A DNA stretch of 63,468 nt, filler included, from Perkinsus chesapeaki ATCC PRA-425 (GCA_013115145.1; 7 parts of 7 records of this genome joined end to end with filler, not necessarily neighbours in it); one strand, 5' to 3'; shown: positions 1 to 13,675, numbered from the whole stretch's first letter. Notes: generated by a model not told the origin, from the letters alone. A program made the numbers and translations.

Positions 1-785
1 ATATTAATTTGTTCTGGGCTTTAACTAATTTGGTCTTGGCTTTTACTAATTAGATCTTGAAATGGTGTAGTATACCATAAGTTGATGATTCTCAATTATC
101 AGCTCAATCTCAAATTAGTTCTCAACGGGTTTGTTTTGCCAATATCATATTGGCGGCCGATACTTCGGAACCTTCGTTCTTTCAATAATTTGGAAAGTAA
201 GAAGCACTTGGCGTTGAAAAATTGTGTAACATCTATACAAGTCATCATATCCATCCGTCGCTCTCGTCCAGTAGGCGCTCCCAGGAAGCTGGAAGCTTCG
301 AGGAATTAGCACTCATGTATCACCCCATATTTGACCTCTATCTACATCTCAGTCGACCTTTGAACTTTCCCAATAAATTGACCGCGTCAGTACTTCAGAC
401 TGCCCTTGTTCCGCTGACAACTCAATCTCAAAACCGATCTTCGGATAAGCAGATAGTCACCGATATGTCGGTAGAATAATTAAGGTTTATCGATGAGTGC
501 CACCCATTGAGTGGAATGTAGTCACGTAAAAACATTCATTGAATGGGGAATCCCGCCATATATAAGGGATCATGACTAGTAAAACACTCACTTATCACTC
601 CTGACTGGTAGACAGGCTGCCGCAGCCTACTGGTAGTATGCATTACCATGATGGAGGCGTTTGTTAATGGATGACTGACAAAGAAAACAATCAACGTTGA
701 AGATCTGGTAGAGGTGTGGAACAATGTCATTAAATCACCGGCAAAGCGGTTTAACTCATTCCAAGTCTGAGTCCAAGTTCAGTAA

Positions 786-2579
786 TCAGCACTTACATCT
801 ATCGGGGCCGCAAATAGCTTCTCTTACATCATCCAGTGACCCTCCAGGAACGAACCCCAATCTCTTAAAATACTCGATGCACCATTGTTTGTCGTGCGCA
901 CCCGGCACTTGTAGACCAGCCAGAATATAGCTTACATTCTCGTCAGGTCTTAATGGGCCGCAATCAGCCCAAGCTCCAACACCAGGGTAAACGCGTAACT
1001 CTACGCTAGCCACGATTTCCAGTTCGCAAACATCCCTTTCAGAATGGAACACCACCCGATTTTCCCACTTGGGGGCTTCTGCCACTGTCGGGGGAGTAGT
1101 CGCTGTGCGATTGGGAACTGAGCAAGATAACCATCAAGATGAGCCTGGAAGGCTGAAAACAGATAGGGTTTTTCGAGTTATCGTATAAAATAAATAAATC
1201 CCTGAAGTGTAATGTCTAGCGTGAGGTGCGTCAAAACGTTTTAAAGCCACTATACTTGATCTGCACTTACATTGACGAGGGTCGCATATAGCATCCCTTG
1301 CATAGTCCAGAGGTGCTCCAGGAGTAAATCCTAGTTTAATGAAATAGTCGATACACCATTGCTTGTCAATGACAAGCGATGCAAAGTCTTCATGCCCACC
1401 AGGCATCGGCAGACTACTCGATAGATGGCCTACTTCTTCGAAGTTTCCAGTACAATTAGCCCAAGTACCGATGCCATAGATAATATACAACACTACGTTA
1501 CCCGTAGTCACCAATTTGCATGAAACACCATCAGCATTGTATGATATCTTCTCCTCCCAATTGACTTTGCCTGGGACTATGGTAGTTGGGGGACACGAGG
1601 AGGTAAGACAATTTAAGGCCATGTCTTCCCAGGTAACGAACCTGTTCCTGCCGAAGTCCCATATCATCAGTCTACCGGACTGGTCCATTTTAAGAGCACC
1701 TGACCCACGGTTTACCAACTGGTTGTCATTATGGCAACGACCGCAGCCGCCCGCAATTAAGATAGGACCATTACAAGACCAGTTAGCGCAGCCCTTGTAC
1801 ACGGCATCACCACCACTCCTGTAATAGATATAGTCCGGCATAGCATCCGATATCTCAAAGCCTGATCGCCCCTCAACTTGGAAGTCATATTTGTAAGTCC
1901 GCTTTGACTGATAAGGTGTCCAGCGTACAAGCCGTCGTTCCTCGCAAGGGCCCTGTAGAATATATAGATTCCCTCCGGCAATCTTGACGCCTCGTGGACG
2001 ATAGAGGTGTGTTTCGTCATCAATAGCACGACCGTCGCGGTTGCCAGCAGCTCGTCGCCTCGTATTACCAGATCGGGAGGGGAAGTAACTGTAAACTTGG
2101 TTGGTCTTCTTATCACTTACGAAAAGACGTTGACTTGACTTATCAAAAGCAAGGTCGGTAAACTTGTGGTTCCTACCACCTCTTCCGATAACCCGATATT
2201 TGCCTTCCAGTGGAGGAATCAGATTTCCATGAGTTCCATACATACGAATCTCATTCTTTACGATGGCGAAGACCCGTGTTGCATCGAGCGTAGGAGAGAA
2301 CACATCAATCGCCTCTGCACGTCCCCTAAATATTATATCGGACTTGTTCTCCGAATAATTCATTCGCCAACATCGGTATATACCAGTCGTCTTCTCTTCA
2401 CCAGCGATAAACCAGTTGCCGAAATCATCGAAGGCAAAGTCGATCAATCGGATGCCGTCATCGGGAAGTAAGTCTTTTCGTAGGGAATGAATCTCCTTGG
2501 CTTTATGGGACTTGCACCAGTCTTCCTCAGCCCACACATTCAACAAGCAGATCGCAACCGAGAATAGGATGCTATTCAT
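786..2579 (-). CDS. Secreted NHL-repeat (beta-propeller) protein followed by two copies of a Cys/Trp-conserved ~95 aa domain. Spliced model: exon 2579-1271, intron 1270-1118, exon 1117-797; 3' end uncertain
   Basis: N-terminal signal peptide (MNSILFSVAICLLNVWA). NHL-like motifs (LAFDKSSQRLFVSD, AAGNRDG...LYRPRGVKIAGGNLYI, LKMDQSGRLMIWD). ORF 786-1085 repeats the C-terminal domain of ORF 1134-2579. A GTAAGT donor at 1270 and a CAG acceptor at 1118 join the two in frame (phase 1). Confidence 0.7.
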
Positions 2580-3317
2580 TACAGCAAAGAGCCGTAAAGC
2601 CTAATGATGAAAACTGGAATCCTCAGTTATGTACAAATGTGATGCCACTGCTCGGCACCATGTGAATGGCCAGGCGATAGGGGGAGGAACAATGGTTCAT
2701 CGCGTAACCGTGTTGTTCATTGCCAATGTTCAACAGCACGGTCACGCACGCATGAACGGCTGATTCGGTGTCATCTTATGTGACACCGGCTCGGTGGGCC
2801 CACGTTGCCGTTGTCGGTCGATGTATCCCTATAAGTACTTCAGTTTCTCGTGGGGTCACAACGGTCTTGCCGGGGCGCATGAGTTCTTAGCGTCAACATG
2901 TGTCGAATTCATTTAACAGAGTCGTCGGGGATTTGAAGTACTTCGGGAGAAATTAGCTGATGACTATTTATGTATTTATTGGCAGTTCCTTGATGGCCTG
3001 CTCCATGATGCATTAGTGTGTTGCAACTTCTTTCCTGTTATTTGACTAGAGTTGTTGTTGTACCAGGGATGACGGGGAATTCAGGAATAACTAGAATTAG
3101 TCCGGTTAATAACCGTAATAATATTCCAGTTTGGTTTAGTTATAATGAAATGCTCATCGCGGCCACGACACGGCTCCCTCTGTCGGCCTTATTCGACTAT
3201 ACGTAATTACTGTAGCAGTAGTGCTGCTCTTAGTAGTGATAGTATACTAGAGGCTTATAAAACTGGTAATGGAAATGATGAGGTAATAATATAAGGAGGC
3301 TGTTGAGTGAGATTCAG

Positions 3318-3626
3318 TAGTACGATTGATTAACTCATATATTACAATATTATTAGCTTACTAGTACGATTGATTAACTCAAATATTACAATATNNNNNN
3401 NNNNNNNNNNNNNNNNNNNNNNNNNNNNNNNNNNNNNNNNNNNNNNNNNNNNNNNNNNNNNNNNNNNNNNNNNNNNNNNNNNNNNNNNNNNNNTTATTAG
3501 CTTACTAGTACGATTGATTAACTCATATATTACAATATTATTAGCTTACTAGTACGATTGATTAACTCATATATTACAATATTATTAGCTTACTAGTACG
3601 ATTGATTAACTCATATATTACAATAT
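3318..3626. repeat. 44-bp AT-rich minisatellite (TAGTACGATTGATTAACTCATATATTACAATATTATTAGCTTAC)n spanning an N gap
   Basis: Units read directly on both sides of the gap at 3395-3493; copy number unknown. Confidence 0.95.
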
Positions 3627-4890
3627 TTCGGTCTTATTGGTATCCAATGGGATAGACGCGTTAATACTTCAAGGTAAAATGGAATAAATGTGTAGAATAA
3701 TTATAACACAGCTGTAGTATTTGAAAAATACTCAATAATGCATTCCTACGTATAATCTTAGCGGGGATATCTCCCTGCGCTTCCTGAACTCAGCGATCGG
3801 ATTGAGTCGTATCATCCTGGAAAGTCGACAGACCAATTGACTACCTAGGTTTTGCGGCTCATCCTAGGACCAAAAATCTCATCGTATAAGTGTCTTCCAG
3901 AATCTTCTGTTTACTTACCTGGGTTGTGCAATACCAGTAGTATTCTATATTAATGCGCGATATACAATATAGGGGTACAGTACTCCTTCTGTGAAGCAGT
4001 GCTTGACGGTGCTTGCTTCTGTTTTTCTCAGGTATCCTTTCACGTGGCAGGTCTGTTCGAATTGTCGAGAAGTAAAGGTGAAATACAACTGGATGATCCT
4101 CGGTATCTTTCCTTGGTAAATAGAGTGCCGCCATTATTGCTAATGTAGCATATCGTTAGTTATCGGCGATATCGAATCATAAAGCAGCATTCACCACGCA
4201 AATGCTTTCGAAGGTTGTGGCAGCACTTGGTCGACTGGGCCGGAAGGATATACTGTCTGATAGCTATACTAATGTGATGGATAAGAATTAAGTTTTGTGG
4301 CGCAGTGACGATTTCAGTTGATCCTCTCTTCCATTGAGTACTTGGGACCAGATGTATTGACAGTAGTGACGAAAACGTAAGCTTTCGAAATTTATTTTAT
4401 TGTGAAGATCATGGTAAAATGTAAAGATACGCCATGCAAGGACTGTCGGGTGGAGGTACGCGGAAGATATTTACCACGTTAGATGATCGACTGATGGAGG
4501 AAAGAGATACGTAAGCGAATTAGAAGGAACCCGAATTTCGATCAACAGTCGATGTGTTAAAACTTATTCAGTAGCAGCTTGAAAATTTACGATATGATAA
4601 AGCTGAGAAGCATTCAAATTTCATTTGGTAGGGGCATTGAAGTGTATGATATGGTGAAATTCCTCTGTTGTGAAAGAGTTTTGTAAGTGATATAATTTCG
4701 AAAACTACCTAGTCGTTGAGGCATAATCAGATTACCTGTATCACAAGGCTAAATTAGATGTAACTCAGGACTCAGGTTTAAAATTCCAGACCTGGCCTCG
4801 GCTCTACTAGCAGCGGAGATATACTGGAGCAAGCAGCCTCTAGCTGCCAGACGACCTATCGATTACGCTGCTATTTTATCGGAAATATTA

Positions 4891-7800
4891 ATGTCGAAAG
4901 AATCGCTATCAACAAGTGAAATAACGGATTTTATGAGAGCCATAAGTATAGCGTGTAGGGATGATAAGGAGAAGCCCGACGGAATTGATAAGTTGGTAAG
5001 ATTATCGTTATTATTGGCGTTAGGCGGGAGAGAATTGAATACCTTCGTGTGGATAACACTTCAACAAAAAAGCCGGTGTTTTCATTTGCAGAGAAAAAAG
5101 TGGAAATTTTTGGTGATTAAGAGGGAAAATTTAGAATATGGTTAGTAACTTGCGCTGCGACAAAAGTATCATATTTTTTATTTTAAATTCTGCACGCTCG
5201 GAAGTCGGGCGATTATTTTACGTATTGTAGTCGAGGTAGAATTCATAGTGCTCCTATCTTAGTCTTCCACCCTACTGGAGATGGACGGACGCTGCCATAA
5301 TCTGGCCTCCGCGGTTGGAGCAATGTTGGATCTTGGTATGCAGGATAAGGCGTATAACCTACTACGGAAACAACTTCGACCAAAAGAAGTAAGGGGAGGG
5401 GACATTATCCGCTTCCGTAAAGTTTGAAATGCGGTTGATATGCATTGAGGTAATCGAATGTGAGCAATTTCCGACTTATCACAATAAGCCAGTCTCGAAC
5501 GTAATACCTCTGGTTAGTCTAGGAAGATTGAATAGCACGCAAAAGGTAGGAAGTTGGAATGTTAAACATTTTACTATTGGAGGCTAGCTGCTTGCAGCTC
5601 GTGTATTAATCATTCTACGATCACATTGGTTACAAAGTCAGAAGAGAATATGAAGATACTGGTAATCATTTGGCGCAAATTTCCAATGTGCTATATATTT
5701 TTGTCGTTGCCATCCCAGACTGTAAGATTAGAGGTTTCAAGCTCCTCAAGTATTCGGGACTTCCAATCCAGCGTAGAAAATTTAGTGCATTAAATCTCAT
5801 TTCAGCCCCGTCTCGGCCGGCCACCTCTGAATTGGGACATCCGATATCAGATGCTTCCTTCCAGTGGCAAATAAATGTGAATGTCGTCTCCGATAGTTCC
5901 TCCAAAAGTCCCTCGGGCGCCGACACGTATATTAAAGCGTTTAATCTCCCAGAGAGGGGTGATTCTTTTTCTTTCCCCAGGAAGAGCCGCAGAACCCAGT
6001 ACGTCGGTCAACTAAGGAAGCTGTGAGCCTTATTAGAGTTATGACTCGATTGAAGAGATGTGAAGTAGGGGGGAGCTCGAGGGAATGGTGGAACAATATC
6101 GTTGATGAGCTTTACTTGGATGTGGTGAGTTAGTCTATTTTCATGCTCCTGTAGTGAGAGCATCAACCTCAGATATCTGGTTTCGCCGAGTTGAACGCCC
6201 AGCAGTCCCTTTGGCTTCTACATGCTATTGCCCTGGGAGGCGCAATGAGAGTTTGTCCCACCAAGGAGTTGAAAAGAGAAGTTGTGCCTCTGTTGATGAC
6301 GGAGGTCCTCAGAGAGATACGTGAGTTTACGCTGTCCCTCATTATTTTGCTTCGTGCCCCGTCTGGTGCCGCTTTAAAGAACACGTACATGCCATAGTCC
6401 GTCGAACCAATTCTTTCAGGAACACTTCCCCCGGAGACTGTCGCCTTTGCTCTTCGCTCCTGTGTGAAGTTGCAATATTGGGACTCGGATTTCCTTGCTG
6501 GCGCCTCTAAAGTCTTTCTTGACAAAATGGAGGAGTAAGCTCTCTGCCCGTTAAGTGACATTCTGGCTCTGAAAAGGGAGTTTCGCGAAATTCTCAGCTA
6601 TTTCTCGGCTGACAAAGGGAGTCTTACGGTGATGGACCTGATTGATCACCGTGATTTTCTGGTAGTATATGGGTAATTCATGAACTGATGATTCGATAAA
6701 ATTAACGAACTCCAGGGAGGTACATGGATCGTTAGGAGGCTACCGCATTCAATTCGAGGAGGCAGTTTGTGCATCGTCGATCTGAAGCGTTCAGAGAAGT
6801 GAAGCTAGAGGCTTACCAGGCACGAGGGTTACTTCGCGGATCTGACAGTATCACCAATGCGGAGATACATTGAAATTTTGCAAGGAAATATGTTCCTTCA
6901 CCTAAGGGAGACATCAAATGCATTCCCTCTGGAAAAATGCAATTTTTCATCTGCGACTCCATGTTTCCCATCTCTTCTCGAACAGGAAGAGTCGAACAAC
7001 CCATGTATACAGTGTGTTCGATTTTGATAGTCCAAAATGAAAAAACTTCATAATTTCACCAATTCAGGGGCTAAGAACATGAAACTTCCGTGAATGATAA
7101 GTCCCGAGCATGAGAAAACATTTTATGTGTATTGTTATAATCGATCACGAACCGTTACAGAGTTAGGGCAAGCGAGATTTTTTACACCTCTGCGCGCTGT
7201 CCAAATTCGATAGTCCAAAGTTACTTTGAACACACATGGGACTCGGCAAGCTCCTCCATAAAATGCTTGGAACTTATCATTCTCGAACGTTCCATTTTCT
7301 TAGTCCCTGAATTGATGAAATTACGAAGTTTTTTCCATTATGGACTATCAAAATCGAACACACTGTATATCATTTCAAGTTGACAGTTACCCAGCGAGAG
7401 CCCTTTCATCGTGCCTTTGGGCGCTCACTCGAGCTGGCTTGGACTCCAGAGAAGTGGCGGAAAAAGCAGTGTTGTGTGCAAGAGACAGGGTCATGGAAAT
7501 GACTCCTAGAGATGCCACGACTACTGTGTGGGCTCTGGTGAGTGCCGAGGGGACTCTCAAACGTTTCTGATTCGATGGCGTTCTACTTACCTCTGTCCTC
7601 GAATCTGAGGGACTCGCGAACAGCAGCTTCGAGGTCTATGAGAGAAGTTTCTGCCGATGAGATGTAGGTAGTGATTCCCTGAACCCAACGTCGCAATAAG
7701 GTGCCTTGGCGCGGTAGTAAGTGTTTTCTTGGTTGAACCAAACGCTTTGAGCTTTGTGCATCTTCTGATATTGTCACTGAACGATTGTTATTTTATCGCT

Positions 7801-10050
7801 GCTCTTGTCTATTCAAAGGGAGATCTCCGATTTACATCGTCAAAAAATTAATCCATTTTTCTGTCATTGTATAACCGTAACTACTGTCTTTCAAAGCAGT
7901 AATAGTGATTGGGAAAGCTCAGTGAAGTGCAGCATCGCGCAATAATTTTGTTTAGGCCCGAGCCCGATTTAGAGCAGATGCATTAAAGTATTTGACGCCG
8001 ATGTTATCCCGATGTATTCGAGAAAAGAACATAACATCAACCGACAAAGCGATGTTATTGTGGACCATTGCCGAGTGAGAGATTTCCTAGGATCCTTCTG
8101 ATAGTCATGTGATAGTGTATCCATGCATCTTGTGGGCTTATTACTTTATAGAATACCATATTACCATTCACACCTGAGGTATTAATTATACCGTACCATG
8201 TATAGGTTGATCGCTGCTAGTGTAAGCAAAGGTATAAGACTGTTGCTGATGAATACTGAAAGACTTCCGACTGGGGAGATGTGTACTGTTTTAATTGGCG
8301 AGTTGATTTCTCCGTGGATGTTTTTAATGAAACGTTCAATTACGTTCGGATTCATTGGGAGAGTGAATATCGAATGGTGTTCCTACAGAGTGAGCTTCTA
8401 TTAGACCTCTAACATCTACGGTGGAGCCTGGACAGCAGGCTAGCTGCGCTTCTCACATTTCTCCTATGACGTATTTTGAACACCGTTTCCCTTGATAACT
8501 TCTGATAATGCTATATCTCAGGCACAGCTCGGATGGTCTCCTGGAGGACCCTCCTTGGGACGACTTCTCCATGTTGGCTGAAGCAATAACCAAGGACCTC
8601 CAAACAACACTAATTAATGATCAATTCAACAACTCGGACATCCTGGTTTTACTTCTATCGTATTCTTATTACATCTGCCCCCTTGGCATACCATGTTTCG
8701 TTGAAGGTACTCGAGACTGTCCCAATGTGGGAGAAGTCCAGAGGATTCCAAACCGGCAGTATTGGCTTTGCATCGAGCATTGTAAGTGTAGCTTTATTTA
8801 GTGTTCGTCATCGGCTGCCTTTTTTCACGCAAATAACCTGCTCCGCGTCCTTCCAGTCTACACGTTTGAGCCTTAGTTGAATTCTTGAAATTTTTTTCAT
8901 CGGTCATGGCACGGTTGCCGGCCGCAGCAATGTGCTACCATTGCTCGTGCTATTGAGTGTTCGTCATTGAACCCCAGTGACGTCCCTGGAAATTGAGCGC
9001 GACTCGGTGATTTCGGTTTTATCTTCTCGGTTTTACATACAAGATATATTCCCGGCACCTGGGCAGCTGGGTTCGACTTCCTCCGTACACCAAATGTTAA
9101 CATTAATAACTTAATAACCGTTTTCCTGTAACTCATCTCTTATATGCGTTTTCTGTCAGTTACGGCCGAGCTAATAGCCTGGACGTATCCAGTCTGTGCT
9201 TTGGCTGGTTCCTTATAGCGGTCTCGGAACTATCCGACCCTGCGCTGCAAGGACCTATTGCAATGGCCGCAGCTCATAAGGTGAAGAATTCTTACCATCA
9301 GCGTCCTACTTTTCCACGATTACTTTATCACGATTACAAACCTTAGTCATGCTGAGAATTCGAGATTCAATCGGAAAACATCAAATTGCTTTCCGAGGGA
9401 CGACTAAGTGGGAGCTCCTTCTAGACTATTCCTATTTCTCATTGAGCTCGCTTTGTCTCATCATCCTGTCCAACTTTGGAGTCCTTCAGGTATCTCAGCT
9501 GAAGGTGTCACTCAGCCCGCAAGATGCCTCTAATATCATCTTAGCTCTGCAGAAATCCTCAGGTGAGATTTTCTTAAGCGTTTCTCCTCTGAACTGAGCG
9601 AAATGCATCATCTCTTGGAGCTTATTAAACTGTTCAGTGGATACCAGCAACTTCGAAGGCCCTCAGATTTGGAGTGCGAACCTGTCTTCATTCGCGTTTG
9701 TAGTTCTTACTGCGATCCGCTCGAAAATGGGATATCTCCTGGAATACGATTGACCGCACTTTAATATGTGTCTAGAGACTTCCCATACCTGAGGTATGGG
9801 CAAGTTCAACCCCAGGTGAGGTATGATACCTCACCTGGGGTTGAACTTGATGATCTCCGAAAGCTTATGCAGCCTTGCAGCATTTCTGGATCGCAATTCT
9901 CAGCGCGGGTCTGGCGGTTGTTCAAATTCATTCTTCGGCACCGGCATTCGTCAAGAGCAATACAGAACGTGCTGTTGTTGCGCGGATATCGGTCGTATGG
10001 CGCAACCAACCAAGATATTCTAATTCGCTTCAGGAATCGATGAAATTGAG
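4891..10050 (+). CDS. One or more multi-exon helical-repeat proteins (HPR/OPR/FASTK-like); exon structure not resolved
   Basis: Exon-sized ORFs with repeat-like helices: LSTSEITDFMRAISIAC, YPARALSSCLWALTRAG...MTPRDATTTVWAL, FNNSDILVLLLSYS, LSPQDASNIILAL. No RAP domain seen. Confidence 0.5.
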
Positions 10051-11575
10051 AAATTAATAAGAGAGCCGCTACGGGCGGCATGTCTGAAAGCAATTGTCGA
10101 TGAACCTCTACTCAAAGCTGATAACGGTGAGGCGCCAGTCCCGTGGTTAGTAGTTCATCTTCGTAACTTCAGCGGCTCTGTGCGACCATTTGCTCACTAT
10201 GGCGATTGCTGGACCGGAAGCGCTACGGCTTCATACCGACGAGGTGAAGAGGATTGTTGCTGCGTTGGGCTCACGTATGAAAGAGTTCTCACCACAGCAG
10301 CAAGTCAGGTAGGAACAAATTTGGGGGGAGTTTAAGGGAGCCTGGCGGTTCAACTGTCAGGTGCTTTATGAGCCTTACGAAGATGTTGCGGCGGCATGGT
10401 AAAAGTACGGAGTGCAGGCTTCTGGATACTATAACGGAGGTGGCGTCTCAACTGGCGGCACCGGTGAAATATTCTAGCGCTGTGTAACGGGGATTACAGA
10501 TCACCACGAGTTCGGCGAAAAGAAGCAAATAGGATGCGTCTCAGGGGGGTATCGTTTCGACTGTCGACACTGTCGAAAACCCGGCAAGACTGGTTTTGTG
10601 CGCAGGTTCAATCCCTACTTCTATCAACTTTATCGAATACCCGGCCTAAAGGTAACTGGGTGTGATATGATGCTTCCGCGGCATCATGTGAAACAGGTTC
10701 AGATCTCCTAGGCATGTGTTGGTCTCAACTTCAACTTAACCAATACTTCAGTCGTAGCGGGGAACCGCAGAGTGAAGTGGGTCGAAGGTAGGGATCCATA
10801 ATTTCGTGTGGAAGGTCTGAAGCAGATTTCTGAGTCGACTGCGAAGGGCAATTCATCATGCAGTTGACCAGAGGAGAATTCCATGGCCGGAGCTCTGTGA
10901 TAATATACAGGTATTCAGAGACCAGTGGTCGCTGGATAGATAAACTCAATCGATACCTTTTTATTGAGTGCAATATTCTCCTTCACTAAGTGGAGCTCGG
11001 CCATTTCTGCTTGGCTCTACACTTGACCATTTCCTAGTTTTTCCCTTCAGCTGCTGCATAGTGCTGGTGTGTTCGACAGCCTGTCTTACGAAGCCAGAAG
11101 TGAACTGTGGCGATCGGCTTCCTATCGCCAGAAAAAAGGTGTGCCGCGACCAGAGAAGAAGAGAGATATGCTTGGAGCGGCTGTGGTGAGTTGCTCTTGC
11201 AGCCGAGCTGATAATTGATGGAATTTCATAGGACCCTCGGAGTGGCCTGAAAGGCTTGCACAAGAAGTTCCGGACGCCAGCAGCGAACAAGTGACGTTCT
11301 CGATTTGGGCTGCTCGCGTGAAGTATTTAGTGCTTCAGACATTCACATTTCCAAATATCTGAGAGTAAACTAGTCGAAGAGAAGACCGAACCAGATGAAG
11401 AGGAGTTGTTTGATAAGGTTCGCGAATCTAGGGTGCTCGCCGGAGTGTGATCTAATTCTCGATTCTCAGGACCGAATATATGGTGGAATGCAGCCCTCTG
11501 GTAGGATTCCAGCTCAGTCATTCATAGAACAAGTTCGTCGAATAAAAGAACAAGAGAGGAAGTCTTAGTTTATCA

Positions 11576-13125
11576 TATTTTATCACCTTGCATGTTGCTT
11601 CCCATCGACCGCTTTATTTGTTTCCGAATGTTTCTGGAATTATCCGAGGATTTAGTTGAAGCCGCGTTGAGTGTTGAAGTACTTGTTGACTTATCAATAA
11701 CGCAAGTCAAGATAAATATAACCAACAAGATGAATACCAATAATTACCAACAATTTGGGATTGTAGTAAAAGTAGGATCGTACAGTTGGTATAGATACGT
11801 AATAACTTATCCGAGAATAAGTATAAAAGTTTTTAACGATCTTCTAAAAAACCTACGTGCAACAGCTGTAGTCCTAAGATTTTCGGCTCGTTCTGATCAT
11901 TTCGACGCAGAATATACAATTTTGATCAACTTGTACAATAAACGCGATTGCACTGGAGATAATTGGAGTCAAGCTCCAGCCCCTCGCTTAATACTCAGTG
12001 AATGGCATCCCTGCGTAGGCCTGTGTAATGCGAGTCACTGGCCGAAGCCGATCTATTTCGCGAACTAAGCTGTAGCCGCCAGGCTTTTATCACTGAACAT
12101 GTAACAATTTACATGGAACATCATCAGCGTTGTATGATACCTTGTCCGCCCACTTCGCATCTTATACCACTGTCGGGGTATTAGTGGTTGTTGACGTAGT
12201 TGTTGCCCGCTTGGGAACTGTGTTGCTCCTGGTCGATCTCATAGTAACCCAACACTATCTTCTTGAGTGATAATGGCGATAACAGTGGAGGGATTAAAGG
12301 GAAAATTCTATTCTAACCAACTAATCTATGTACTTGCGCGTCCTTTAGCTACAAATGGGAAGTGCAAGGAAGTACAAGTAAACAAGTCGGAATCCGCGCA
12401 CAGCAACAACTGATCAAGACAACCATCAAGACAATTCTGCGAGCCTAGCAACAGATAGAATTCTTGACTTGTTGTATACAATGAACCAAGCTCTGAGTTG
12501 AAATGCCTAGCATGAGGTGCATCGAGACGTTTCAACGCCACTACACGGTGTAGTCTACACCTAATCTGTACTTACATGTATTAGGGTCGCATATAGCGTC
12601 CCTTGCATAAAGTCGACCACGTCGACGGCACCATCAAGAAACACATGTGAATATTGGCTATTCTTCTTGGCTCGGTGGGTATTATACCAACCGGGCTCAG
12701 CCCGAGTGGTGCTGCTTACTGCGGTTAACGCAACCGCGATTCGCGGAATCAAAAACTGAAACTGTCACAATCTGCACGCGCCGAATTTTATGTCATTTCT
12801 AATGCAATCAAAAGGACCTCAACATATAGACACGACAGGCATCTAGGGAATATGGAGAAGCAACGTTCATCAATAGTCTATCAACCAACAGGGCTCGAGC
12901 CAACACGTACTCTTAGAGCACTGCTCTATCTACTTCGAAGTCATATTGGAAAAGTCTGCTACTGCAAGGATCCAATCTCCAACGCTGCAACGGGACAGTC
13001 ACCCAAGAAAGCAGCTCTTGCAGCGTCGTAGGCAGCCACGGCCAGTAGGCCGAAATGAAGAATATTTCCTGCGTTGTACCATCAGCTGATGTCCGCAAGC
13101 CTACTAAGCCAGGATCTATTTTCAC
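11576..13125 (-). pseudogene. Decayed paralog of the 786-2579 gene
   Basis: Nucleotide identity blocks with 950-1300 (e.g. AGGGTCGCATATAGC(A/G)TCCCTTGCATA). Translations YARDAICDP, ALKRLDAPHARH, V*DAKWADKVSYNADDVPCKL, LSIKRGAGA* and FQYDFEVD contain in-frame stops and frameshifts. A TM-like stretch (LLVFILLVIFILTCV) lies near 11700. Confidence 0.7.
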
Positions 13126-13575
13126 AAGACAGTATGAGGCAGTGACTGGCGCGAAGTGCGCCTGTAAGCCAGGGGGAACCCAGTTGTCTCGGCTTTATTC
13201 AGGGAGTCTCCATGAGCTGAAGGATCACCACGTTGCCGTCATTCCAGTGTGGTCATTTCAGCTGAAAGTGGTTGTCACGGGCGACTAGTTTGAAGCCCGT
13301 TGAGCTCCTGTTGAGGATTTTGTCCAAGGATCTTTAACATTCGTAGCTACGCCCGGGCGCAATATAAGTGCGTGACGCCTTGTTTCAAATTCCTTACGAA
13401 GACTCTTCATTGAAGCACAAGGCGAAAGAATCAACTATGTCCACCACCTTGTAGTATACCCTTTCATAAAGTTCCCTTCTCGGATTAACATAATGAGCCC
13501 TCATTTGGCGCTATTCTTCCTTGGGATCACTACCGGAGCTGGCGAGACTGCTTATGGCTTCCTTGAGGCCAATGG

Positions 13576-13675
13576 NNNNNNNNNNNNNNNNNNNNNNNNN
13601 NNNNNNNNNNNNNNNNNNNTTAATTAATTAANNNNNNNNNNNNNNNNNNNNNNNNNNNNNNNNNNNNNNNNNNNN
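13576..13675. other. Artificial contig linker (N-TTAATTAATTAA-N)
   Basis: Six-frame stop 12-mer embedded in Ns. Confidence 0.97.

Noticed and set aside
3318-3626. Repeat arrays at 3318, 29104 and 48004 as CRISPR arrays
   Set aside because: Head-to-tail units with no unique spacers, no cas genes, and a eukaryotic context.
10731-11521. Minus-strand ORFs suggesting a further gene
   Set aside because: Coding strand is ambiguous and no domain was recognised.
11960-11975. TGA at a conserved Trp as evidence of stop-codon reassignment
   Set aside because: The same copy has TAA stops and frameshifts, and intact genes in the window use TGG for Trp and standard stops.
13620-13631. Recurring TTAATTAATTAA palindrome (six copies)
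   Set aside because: Always centred in Ns; it is an artificial stop linker, not biology. ORFs that run into these gaps are artefactual at that end.
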